The notes: generated from the letters alone by a model not told the origin. Positions 39,077-50,299 are shown, numbered from the whole stretch's first letter. The stretch: 63,101 nt of DNA, filler included, from Hausera hauseri (GCA_046269625.1; 12 parts of 12 records of this genome joined end to end with filler, not necessarily neighbours in it), one strand, 5' to 3'. Program-made: numbers and translations.

Positions 39077-40322
39077 TGTAAGGTTCCACCTTACGAAATA
39101 TTAAAATTTACATTAAGACAAACCAAATCAGCAAAATGAAAATTTTTTACTAATAACAAAATTTAAAATTCAAAAACCTCAAAATTTAAATAAATTAAAA
39201 TACCTAAAATAAAATAAAAAAAAATAGATAAGTTGTAAAAAAAACAATAATCACGGACTCACCAAACATAAAAATTTGCAATTAAAATAAATCAGGATTA
39301 CAAGTGCCAAAGTAACCAGCATCTGTAGCCAACAAAAAATCAAAAAAACAAAATTTGTGGATTTAAACTCACTTGTTTAAATCCACAGTTTAAAATCTGA
39401 ACAGTTTATTCAAAAGAAAAAAAACAAGATGTCCAAACCATCGGAATGCAAAAATGGCAAGATGTTGGCAACAAAAGCAAAACCTGGGAAACCCATTTCC
39501 ACGAAAGCTGCAAAGGCTACACTAACTGACGTCGCCGTCCCTGAAAGGAATATGCGGCTCACCCAAAACTACCGGATCTCTAAGCAAACCGAACCAGATC
39601 CGACGATGATACGAGACCAGGATGCCATGAAATCCGGCGATTCAATCACCCGCGAGGCCGCCAAGGTACCCCAACCGATACTTAATGAACAAGGGAATAC
39701 AAACGGCCGCTGCGTCGCCTCGACAAAACAAACCCGATCCGAAGACCGGAGCCGTACCACACGGCGAGCCAATTGTCAAAGAAGCCGCCAAGCTCCGTGC
39801 TGTTCATATCCCGATTATATGACGGTGTGAGAGTTCTTACAACGAAGCCGCTTTGTACGGCACCTCACCGGGTTGTCCGAGGGCGATCCACATTGCCTCC
39901 CTCACGGACATCTCCAAAGGTTATATGCCGACGGAGACAGCCGACGGCTGTTCGACTCTTCCACCTTCGTACCAGTCTTTATAAGACTGATGGCGGCGGC
40001 CGACCGGATGTTCGAGTCACTGGTTCCTTTTGAGAGACAGCTGATTCCGAACTGAAGAATCTCCGAATTACGGCGGATCAGGGCGTACAGCTCCAGCTCT
40101 GACGATCAGCCGGCTCCACCCCGTCGACTCATCCAAACGGAACCGTCCCTATCCAGTACGGACGAATCGCACACCTCGGCGGACGATTTACGAGAACCTA
40201 ATAAACGTTACTCTCGTTATTTTGTTGTCTTCCTTACTGTTGTTTCAGTCGTTTTATTCGACTGCATTTACACTCTTTTCCGTTTTTTACTTGCAAGTTT
40301 TATAAAATGTGAAAGCTCTAAA
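39077..40322 (+). mobile_element. 5' LTR of element B (abuts the 5' region of element A)
   Basis: Starts TGTAAGG, AATAAA at 40200, PBS follows; homologous to solo LTR 2180-3511. Confidence 0.88.
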
Positions 40323-40427
40323 ATGGTGGCAGCGGTTACCGCATTCACGCCCTATAACACAAACGCAGCCGTTAAAATAAATCCGGCTCAAACACTTCAC
40401 ACCGTCATTGATAACAATCAAGCTTAA
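39429..40427 (+). pseudogene. LTR-encoded ORF of element B, read through U5 and PBS (in-frame TGA at 39828 and 40053)
   Basis: ORFs 39429 and 39873 share a frame, which is open again from 40056 to 40424; homologous to 2180-3190. Confidence 0.8.
40324..40336 (+). promoter_or_regulatory. Primer-binding site, tRNA-Leu type
   Basis: TGGTGGCAGCGGT is complementary to the ACCGCTGCCACCA 3' end of metazoan tRNA-Leu(AAG/UAG). Confidence 0.85.
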
Positions 40428-40761
40428 ATTCACACAAGTGCCGTCGAAATTAATCCGGTCACACATTCGTGCATCACTAAACATGATCACGTTATACCCA
40501 CTAACAGTTGTATCATCAAAAGCAACTGCAACCAGAAAATTACAACGCGTAATATCAAACAAGTGCCAATATATTCTAGCACTAACACACGCGTCAACAC
40601 CGTCAAATCGGAATACAAATCCGATTATTCGAACCGTGCCAAAATAGCACACACCAAGCGAAAATTCACTATTTAACAATTCACCCAATCGTCAGTCGAT
40701 TAACCTAGACAACAGAATTTACCATGGTGAAACAACATCGACCGACTCTACGCCAAACGAA

Positions 40762-41885
40762 GTGCAACTCATTGTACAAAACTGACATCAGACGAAAGCT
40801 CATCGCTTCCCGTCGACCCTAACTATGTCGGGAATGCTGTAAGTTTTAAACCAACAGTATCCCGAGCATACATTTTCATATAATGGAAAATTATTATGCA
40901 AGAATAATTGCGTAATCAATAAAATTTTGGTTGGCAATACCACCATACTGGCGACTCCGAAACTAAAAGGACGCGTTGACAACCTTACGCCTGACAAAAG
41001 AGAAACTGCTTTAGCAACACAGGCCAAACCACCAAAATTAGCATGTCCAACCTTTTTTATAGGTTCGAACGGAACGCCATTGAAGTGGTTTTATGTGTTT
41101 GAAACATGGGCTACACAATGCAGCATCACTGGCCAACTAAACAAGGCCTTAACACTCATTTAATACCTGCTGCCAACAACGCTTGCAGCCATAACGGATC
41201 TGGACACGCTACTGTCAGATCAAAAGCCGTTCGACATAATCAAAGCAGCCAAGTGCAAAGCATATCTGCCATCCCAACAGGACCAGTTCAACTTGATCTT
41301 CACCAAGCGACAGACAGGGAATATAAAACCGTCTGCTCTGCTTTACAAGTTACGCCCAGACTTGAGCAATGCTGAGTTGGACCTCCGCACCAACCAACAC
41401 ATACTACGGCGCTACTTCCTAAGTAGTTTGCCCAATCAAATTTAAGCGGCATTGGTGCTATTACCGCCCGATACCACTTTGGACGATATGACATCTAAAG
41501 CCGACAAATTATACGAGTGCATTAAAGGCACCGTAGAATCCGCACCAACGGAAAACATACACTCCGTCACGGCGACCCAGTAAAATCAGCTGGACATAAT
41601 TATCGCCGCAATGCAGGCACTTGTAACGCACAAGAATCTTCCAGCCAGGCACAAACCGTCATCTCGGTGCCAATCCCCCAAGAGGAAGAAAGGCAAATTT
41701 TCCAAAATTTGCCACTTCCACACACGATTCGGCGAATCCGTCTATAAATGCTACCATGGTTGTCAATTCGACAACCCATCTGCAAACATAAAAATGCAAG
41801 ATACTTGCATTTATCGTAATCATTTTGGTCCAGATGCAAAAGTCTGTCGACCCGGCTGCAAATTTCACAAGCCGTCAAAAACTAA
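40762..41885 (+). mobile_element. Element B UBL-Gag (UBL 40762-40974, capsid, two CHCC knuckles), with premature stops
   Basis: VQLIVQ..FSYNGKLL..NTTILATPKLKGR in frame with KLACPTFF..KWFYVFE; ICHFHTRFGESVYKCYHGC and CIYRNHFGPDAKVCRPGC. Confidence 0.82.
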
Positions 41886-41989
41886 ATGGGACCAGGCGAC
41901 TAACGGCACGTCTTCTGGAAACTCAATCACCATAACTGCCGTATACAAATAGCGAAATCATTGTAGATGCTATTTTTACCCTCGAGGTG

Positions 41990-42612
41990 GAGCCACTAAG
42001 CTCCGACATCTCGAAACAGCTCTATTTTTTAATCGACACAGGTGCAGCTCTATAGCTGATACCTAGCGCATACGCTAGACCTACGCTGGTCTCGCATGAA
42101 TCACTCAAAGCTGCCAATGGCACGCGCATGTCAACCACAGGTACACTGTACCTACAATTTCACATACAAGGCCGACCATACGCTTGGTCATTCATATTGG
42201 CCGATGTCATACAACCAATCTGTGGTTCTACTTCCTAGATCACTACGATTTCACAGTTGATTGCCGAAATCAACAACTCACCAGCGGAAGCAATCCACTG
42301 TCTCCACCAGCATTCACTCTAACCATAAACGTAGTCACGGGTATAAAAATCGCAAATCCCATTGACATCGCAACATTGCTGCAAGCGCAATACCCCAACC
42401 TGTTGAAACTCTCAGCACAACCAACACGGAAAGAGGTGAAAACATCACACTTTCTCGTTACATCATGTGATCGACCGATTCTGCAACCCCGGAGGGAGCT
42501 TGACCCTGTCAAGCGAGCAGCGCGGAAGCCGAATTCCGACACCTAGAAGAAACAGGCATCATACGCCGCTCCACATCACCATGGGCATTACCATTGCACA
42601 TGGTTCCAACGT
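41990..42612 (+). mobile_element. Element B protease and RT start (truncated)
   Basis: FLIDTGAA, LKAANG, GIIRRSTSPWALPLHMVP. Confidence 0.88.
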
Positions 42613-42614
42613 CA

Positions 42615-43004
42615 TAATTTGCAGCCAGGACAAATGTGACGAATGGATAGGTGGACTTGAACAAATCCATTGGTATGCCATTGCTGATGTTTTTCTTCAG
42701 CAAACCCATGTTACGCACAGTAGATTGCATATATGTGAAAACAAAATCATTAGACTCAATTCTTGTTTGTACGTCTCAACAAAATCCGCATTCCGGCCAA
42801 ACTGATGTAATTCACATCGCTATGGGTAAACGTTACCGAATCGGTCGTATTACTGCCCGTTTGTTGAACAGTCGTTTGAAATGTAACGAAAACATATTTC
42901 GGTAATCGCATACCACAAAACAGTGCATCTTTGTAAAACGTAGTTGAACCTTTCGGTATGGTGTAAAAGATGAGTTCTGTGCGTTGTATCGGTTAACAGG
43001 CATT
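42615..43004 (-). pseudogene. Polinton/Maverick (adintovirus-like) major capsid protein fragment
   Basis: A(Y)PIQRTE..TIPKG..DALFCG.RLPKYVFV..FTH.DVNYISL and ..YMQ..NGI..F..YPFVTFVLA match the Polinton MCP C-terminal jelly-roll pattern. Confidence 0.75.
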
Positions 43005-43256
43005 NNNNNNNNNNNNNNNNNNNNNNNNNNNNNNNNNNNNNNNNNNNNTTAATTAATTAANNNNNNNNNNNNNNNNNNNNNNNNNNNNNNNNNNNNNNNN
43101 NNNNTGTAAAACTTCCGTTGGGCACTAATAGGTGCACTTTTATGAACAGCGGTTGGAGTTTTTGTTGTGTAGCCGACAGACATATATTTTCCAAAATATT
43201 CTGTGTAGCTGAATCACAAAAACATGTAAATATAACATGTTGATTATTTCTTCGTG

Positions 43257-43535
43257 TCACAATTTTAATTTAATAAGTAAATTGTGACATGAAAAACAGC
43301 CGCAGGACATCCCACAAACGAAAACCGGACTCACCATATCGTTCCAAATTGCAGGTGTGCAAATTTCCGGAAAAATAACCTGTGACAATCCATATTCCGG
43401 ATTCCGACAAATCAAATCATTTTCAACGGAATCTATCCCGCAAATAATCTGACACCAATTGTGGTCATTGGTCGATTGCAATTGTATACCAGATAGCGCT
43501 CCTGTAGAGTAATTATCAACGACAGAAAATATCAC
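43257..43535 (-). pseudogene. Possible SRCR-like cysteine-rich extracellular fragment
   Basis: G.Q..W..IC..ICR..G..AIW.D..C spacing. Confidence 0.3.
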
Positions 43536-43949
43536 AAATTATCACCGCCTTTTGTTGGTGCATGGAAATAGAGTCTATTACATTCCAACGCACCAATCAC
43601 GTCCCATTATCGTTTTTAAAATTAATTTTGCCCAATTTTTCACCAACGGTAACGTAAAATTCTTTCCTTTTCTTTTGGCGAAATATGTAAAAATAAAATT
43701 CATTTTCAACACCAAAAATTTATTTTTAAACGTTCAAAAACTTTATAGCCTTTCTACTAGTAGAAATCGTGAATTTTAAACACTTTTGTTTATTACAAAA
43801 TCAGAAAATATGGCATCCGGCTCCCATCCATGGAACCCACCACGGCTGTTCAATGTCACAATTATTATGGCAAATAGGTAGATTAGCCTTAGTTACGTTA
43901 AATTAAGTATGTAGCAGCGGTAGCTAATTACATCATTATTATTTTCAAC

Positions 43950-44312
43950 ATGGAATTCAAAACTCGTTCCAAGAAAAAGAGTTCAACAGTGAGTGAAAAG
44001 AATAATTCGTCGCTTTATTGGGCTAATACATGTTATACCATACTGGTCAGCATTGTTTCCTTTGTTTTTGATCTACTGAATTACTTCCATGTTGTGTATA
44101 TGCAGGAAAAAGAAAAAATGTTTATTTTCCCATTTATCCACCGTTGAACGAGAATTATTATTCCGAACGGAAATGGGATTTTACTATTCGTTTTACAACC
44201 AAGTCGTTCAAGCTAAAGATTTTGACGATGTGACCAATTTGTTTCTTAGGGATAACCTTACAAAATATTCAAATTTCATTAATGTTCTACAACGGTTTAG
44301 TGTATATCCAAA
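43950..44312 (+). pseudogene. DPY19L: DPY19L C-mannosyltransferase 5' fragment, frameshifted and cut by element C
   Basis: HLSTVERELLFRTEMGFYYSFY..DNLTKY..INVLQRFSVYP. Confidence 0.88.
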
Positions 44313-44319
44313 ATTTCTT

Positions 44320-44450
44320 TCTTTTTTGGTTTGATTTACCGTTGGTTTATTAGCGTCGGTCGGGAATACGGGTTCGAATTTCAAACGTGCTAGTTGAAAA
44401 CTATACTCTCCAAAGTATGTAGAAGGTAATGACCACTACAATGCGCCCCG
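44320..44450 (-). promoter_or_regulatory. Probable PPT and short 3' LTR of element C (starts TGTAGTGG at 44440)
   Basis: GGGGCGCAT-TGTAG on the minus strand with downstream AATAAA. Confidence 0.55.
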
Positions 44451-44929
44451 TAGCTGAGTTGAGAACTTGAAAGAAAAGACTAAAAAAAAGTTCTGAGGAC
44501 AAACAAAATTTTGCCTAATAAGTTTTCGTGCGCACGAGGCGTTGTACTCTTTCGTTGTTTACTTCTCTGCCATAGTTGCTGAGGTTTTCGTGTCACTGGG
44601 TGTTGTTGCCGGGGAAGCTAATACAAAAGGTGGAAGAGAAACGACTGTAGGTAAATTATACCCACTTTCTGCGGTAGTTTGTGAAGGTTACAAATTGAGA
44701 GGTGGTGTAGAAAAGGGCGAAAATATAACAGTTGAGTGCGGATCAGAAATAGTGACGAAAGTAGGGGTAAATGGAGATTTCGAGATGGAGGCAGGGATGA
44801 AATTGGTAGGTGACAGTGTAGTCCAGGGACGGTAGCAGCGGGATGATGTGTGGTGGACTGGGGAATCGAAGTCGAGGTAGAGGTGGTTATAGGTGTCAGG
44901 AATGAGGTTGATTCTTCCGTTAGTGAGGT

Positions 44930-47900
44930 ATCGTCGACGTAAAAGGAGGGTATTACATTAGTGATATGTACTACAACTTCTTTTCCGTCTTTGAGGATAA
45001 CAGCATTATGTGAATGTAGTTGTATTAATTTATATGGTCCAAGGTACTGTGGCTGGAAACCGCAAGGTATCTGGGTTTTTAGCCATATAAACTTTGCTGA
45101 GTATAAGTCTTCGGTATGTAAGATTTGTTATTGTGTAAGAGCCTGCAAAACGAATCTTTGCTGATTGTAACAAAATGATCCTGTGCTGCTTTTATCCTCT
45201 CGTCTGTAAGAGTCTCCTCTAAAGCTGTTAATTCGAACAATGACCGTAAAGGATTACTGAATAATGCTTCGGTTGGTGAACATCCTGTGGAAGTGGACGG
45301 AGTGTTCCACCAGCCAAGCAGGATGAACGGTAGAAGTGTAGTCCAATTGGTGTTTGACTGCGCAAGGATTCGAAGTGATGTTTTTAAGGTTTGGTGGAAA
45401 CGTTTGAGCAGGTCATTTGATTGGGGACGATAGGATGTAGTATGAATATGACTTATACCTAATCGGTTGACTAGAGATTTAAACATATTTGATTCAAATT
45501 GATGAACTTGGTCTGAGATAAATAGCTAGGAGATCCGAACCTACTAATCCACGTACCTACGAAAGTATCGGCTATTGTGTCAGCGTTTGTTCTCCGCAGT
45601 GCAATTGCTTCCGGCCATCGTGAGGCACGGTCCATCATGGTCAGAATAAATTGGTGGCTGTTGTCTATTGGGAGAGGACCAACGATATCAATATGTACAG
45701 TTTCAATGCGTGATGTGCATAGAAAGTGGTATAATTGTGGTTTTACATGTTTTATTTTTTTATAATTCTGGCAAGGCACTCACTCCTTAACCCATGCTTG
45801 CATATCCAATCACATGGTTGGCCACACTACTTGACGTTGAAGTAATCGAAAAGTTGCCTTGGCTGCAGGATGATGTAACGAATGTACATTATGAAATGCC
45901 TGTTTATATAAAGATGAAGCAAGAATTATCTTAGATTGTCCTAATTTGGAGGTATCTAAGGCCACGCCGTCGATTATCTGGTGAGATTTGAAAAGTTGGA
46001 GAATATCTTGCGATGGCTGATTTTCTTGTATCTCTGTTTGAGTGAAGATTGGCAAAAAATTAATTGAACCAACTGATCTGGTAGGAAATCGGCAACTAGA
46101 ATGTCAACACCCTCGATATATTTGATGTCAAATTTGAATGTGGACAAATATGAAATTTGCCGTTCTTGTCGAGTTGAAGGGTGTTTCATAGCCATTATAT
46201 TAATCAACGGCTTATGATCTATCTGTATAAGGAAAGGGCGGGCTGGAAATAAATGAGAAAAATGTCTTAAAGCCAGGACTATTGCTAACAGTTCCCGATC
46301 GAAAGTTGAATATCTGGTTTCTTGTGGCGTTAATTTTCGGGAACAAATTTCTAACGGTTGATTTTCTCCTTTGTATAGCTAGTGTAGTACAGCACCTACT
46401 GCGATGTTTGATGCATCTGTAGTTGAAATTAACTCAGCGTCAGGTTTAGAAAATATCAGTATTTCCACAGTCTTTAGTCATTCACGTAACCTGTAAAAAT
46501 GATTAACAGTTGTGGTGTCCACGTGATTTTCTAATGTTTCTTTCCTCCACTTAAGTGTGCCAAAGGTGCCGTGAGTTCTGAACAATACGGAATATATTTG
46601 TGAACAAAATGCAAGGTACTAAGGAAACTGCGCATTTTTGTGGTTGTCGTAGGTAGTTGGATATTTTTAGGAGTCTAAAGTCGATCAGGCTGAGGCGAAT
46701 GACCGTCTGGTGAGATAATATGTCCGAGAAAATTAACGCGTTTTTGAAAGAAATTGCATTTCGCAAATTTTGTTTGTAGATTGAACTGGTTAAGGCATTT
46801 GATGGTGGATCATAGATGTTCTTTATGTTGTTTAACTGATGAGGGGCAACCAAGATATTGTCAATATATGGATGTGCAAAAGTGAAGTCTGAAAGAATTG
46901 AATCGATGTGTCTTTGAAAAGTCTGCGCAGCATTTCGGAGACAGAAAGGCATGTACAAGTACTCACAAAGACCAAAAGTTGTGGTAACTGCAGTTTTCTC
47001 AGTGTTGTCTGGTGAGACAGGAATTTGGTGGTAAGCTTTAGCTAAATCGATCGTCGAATAAACTGAAGTAGTACTAAGCCTATGTAATATGTCTTTAATT
47101 AATGGCAGTGGATATGCGTCCATTGTGGTTAAAGTATTAAGTTGGCAGTAATCGCCGCATGGTCGGAAGGATCCATAATTTTTTAACAACGTGGAGGTGC
47201 GTCGGCCATGGTGATTTAGATCTGAGGACGATACATGATTGTTCTAGTTCCATAAATTCATCTTCTATTGCCTGCCTGCGTCGCAGTGACAATGGACGGA
47301 CCTTTTTCTAGTCGGCCTCTAATGTTTTGTAATTATATGGTGATAAATGCTGTTTACTGGGGTGAAATTTCTATCTTTCTGAAATATACGAGGACAAGAA
47401 GTATGGACGAATTGTTGTAAACTTGCGGGTAGTTGCAGGAATGTTGTAACTGACGATGAACCGAGGTTGCTAGCAATACTTGGTATATGGTGATTGATTG
47501 TTGATGAGGAATCAAATGGAGTGTGAAGTAGGATGTGCGGGTCCGGAACCGTGTTTGAGTAGGTGTTATTGTGCAATGATTTTACGGAAAATAGCAGATC
47601 GTCGGTGTCAATTTTGAGTTTTGATTGTCTGTCGACATTGTCCTTTTGAAACTTACGATGTAAAATATGATAGTTATGGGAATTAGAACGAGGTAGTGAC
47701 TGTTTTAAAATAGATTGCTTACTTACTGTTGACTGTGGTGTCGTTGGGATGCTGTCTATACCTCTGTTACGGTCAAGAGGTGTGTTCGTTTTCAGGCAGC
47801 GTCGGTTACAATCGACTATCAAGTTATAGTGCGAAAGGAAATCTCAGCCAAGTATTGCCGTCTGGATGTTAGTGACTGTAAACGTCCAATGAAATGAAGA

Positions 47901-48060
47901 GATGCAGTGTATAAAGGTTTTACTTTAGTTAAAGAATGTCGAACCTGAAAAGAAAGTGGGAATAGTGAGATCGCTGCGCTAGTATCGATTAAAAAATCTA
48001 TGGACTGAATGTTAGGATTAAAGATAACAACTTTTAGTGTGAAGATTGCAAATAAAGTTT
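44930..48060 (-). mobile_element. Element C pol (PR-RT-RH-IN), degenerate
   Basis: FLIDTSAAIS, FRPCGDY, PYIDNIL, VHIDIVGPLP, YLGPYK. Confidence 0.95.
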
Positions 48061-48111
48061 GTCGGCAAAAAGAATTAGATAAGTTACCTTTGCCAGGATC
48101 TGCCTATAACA

Positions 48112-49430
48112 CTAGAGGCGAATACAGTTTTTTTGGATTGGTGAGTTAGAACGGTTACTGTTAGAGACATTGGGACGTCTATTAGTGGTGCAGTTTTTGT
48201 TAGTTTTATAGTTACAGCCAGAAATACAATTCCGAGAATTAGATCCGAATTTTGCATGATAGATGCAAATTAAGTTATCCGAGTGTAGATTCGATGAATA
48301 ATATCTACACCCTAAAAAGCATTTATTTGCTTTGTTGTTACATTTGTTGTGGTAATAACATATGAATGACCGCGTTGGTGACGATGTTCGACTTTTGGAA
48401 GGAAAACGTGTTCGATAAGGCGAGGGAGCATTCCGTCGATGTAAAGAAAGGTCATTCAGCCTGTCATTGATGGTGTTGATTGTGCGTTGTATTGCTGCAT
48501 TTTCGGCTCGTAATTGGTTCATCTGGTGCTCAATGGATGTATGTCGTTGGTTGTCATCGTTTGTAATAGCGGCTGATATGATAGGTTGTGATTGGATTTG
48601 TAAGACTTCGTGTGCTTTATTTGCCAATTCAGCCAGTTTATCTAAGGCTGTAGAATCTTCAACAACGGTAAGTAAAGCCCTGATTTGAATGGGTAACGCA
48701 TTAAGGAAATATCGTTGGAGTAGATCCGGATTATGTTCCTTGGTGACACCTAAAGTACGTAAGTGAGCCAACGATGTACGTAGGAAATCACTAAGTTTTT
48801 GTGTCCCCATTGCGTTTTCTTTAAAGAAGCGCTGCATTATTGAATAAACTGATGGTTCTGTCTGTTTTAACACAGCATCGAACAGTTGGGTATAGAGGTA
48901 AGAGTGTTGAAAGATGTCCAGTAAGTTGTGGATTGAGGCTTTTATGGAATTTGGTAGAAGGTAAAGTAGATTACGGGCTTTGGATAACGAGTCTGTAATA
49001 CTGTTGGACTGTAACCAGAGTTGATGAAAGTGGAGCCAAGTTTTGCTAGACTTATTGTCTATAAAACATTCAGAACAATATTGTGAAGTACTGATGATTT
49101 TTGTAAGAATTTGTATCGGTTGCAGTAGGTGGATGGCTTGATTTGGGGTAGTAGAGAATGGATTTCGATTTTGTGGTCACCTTATTCTTGACGTCACTGG
49201 TTGATGGAGAAATCATACCGTCGCGGATTCTAGGATTGATATGTATACACAGATACTCATGTGAGGCCATGATGTGTGGGTGGTCGACTAAAATGAAACC
49301 GTTGTGAGTCAGGTAGAAATCGCTGTAGACGGAGGTATTATGAATGATAGCGTATAGTTGTGATGTTTCAATACGTTGTCTGACATGTACTATTTGTATT
49401 AGATTATTATTAACATAAAAATAGAGGGGG
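48112..49430 (-). mobile_element. Element C UBL-Gag (UBL ~49217-49428, capsid, two CHCC knuckles, AAAAAAC slippery site at 48127-48133)
   Basis: PLYFYV..SDFYLTHNGFIL..IHINPRIRDG|M; FLNALP..LAELANK; ICYYHNKC..KCFLGC and ICIYHAKFGSNSRNCISGC. Confidence 0.85.
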
Positions 49431-49539
49431 AATGATGGTGGTGTACTGTAAACCGGGCAGTGTGATATATCGATGTGGTTCTTCGAAGGTAAGAGAGTTG
49501 CTGTGTGTTGATGAATATGTCCGGTCTGTGGACTCACTA

Positions 49540-49934
49540 TGCTTAATGGATCTATTGCCCTTATAACCGATGCGTATTGAAAAATAACGACAATAACTAG
49601 GAGACGGATTCTGTCCAAAGTCAGAAGCTCTAGTTAGGTACTGGCTGTAATCAGAAGAATAAATCGGGCCAAATTTATGATAACGTGCCTTACTTCTACC
49701 TCTTCTCATTAAGGATTCATCAAATTTCATATATGGTTCGTTGTCGAGTTTTGTAGGTTTGACAAGACAAAGTACGGGTGATATACAATTAACAATGCCG
49801 CATACTGACTGGGCTATTTCATTAATTTCTACGTGGCCATCATCGAAATCACGCATTCCTACGATAGTCAAATACTTCATAACGTAAAAGCCTAGTTTAC
49901 CAATTTTGCCCAATGAAGCTAATTTGAATTTCAA
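49540..49934 (-). CDS. Unidentified ORF fragment abutting element C
   Basis: Part of a 174-aa ORF of protein-like composition; family not recognised. Confidence 0.3.
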
Positions 49935-50299
49935 TGTAGAATGAGTAACTTTATTAACAGTTGCAACATATCTCAGAAGACTGTCTGGGCAAGAACTAAA
50001 GTGAAACCACTGTAGAAAAAATAGAGGAAATTTATGANNNNNNNNNNNNNNNNNNNNNNNNNNNNNNNNNNNNNNNNNNNNTTAATTAATTAANNNNNNN
50101 NNNNNNNNNNNNNNNNNNNNNNNNNNNNNNNNNNNNNGGGTCTGACAGAATTGCTCAAAACACATCAAAATATTATAGTATGAAGAGATTTGTTAGCCGA
50201 ATTGAAAGATTCATGACGATGAACCACAATAATAATCCTACGAAAATGTGAACTTTGTAATTGTTACCAAGAGAGATTTGTTAATGTAAATACTAAATA

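Noticed and set aside
39295-39306. GGATTACA(G)GTG resemblance to Alu
   Set aside because: Short match only; no other Alu features, and the context is invertebrate-like.
49560-49618. Hydrophobic LLVIVVIF in frame upstream of the element C UBL, as a parallel to the element B TM leader
   Set aside because: It overlaps another ORF and no 5' LTR match is visible; probably flanking DNA read in frame by chance.
49540-49934. FSIRIGYKG as the cellular RdRP motif (FQIRxGGxKG), or GFYVMKYL as a Ulp1 motif
   Set aside because: Spacing from the DG motif is wrong and the catalytic DCG is absent; left unassigned.
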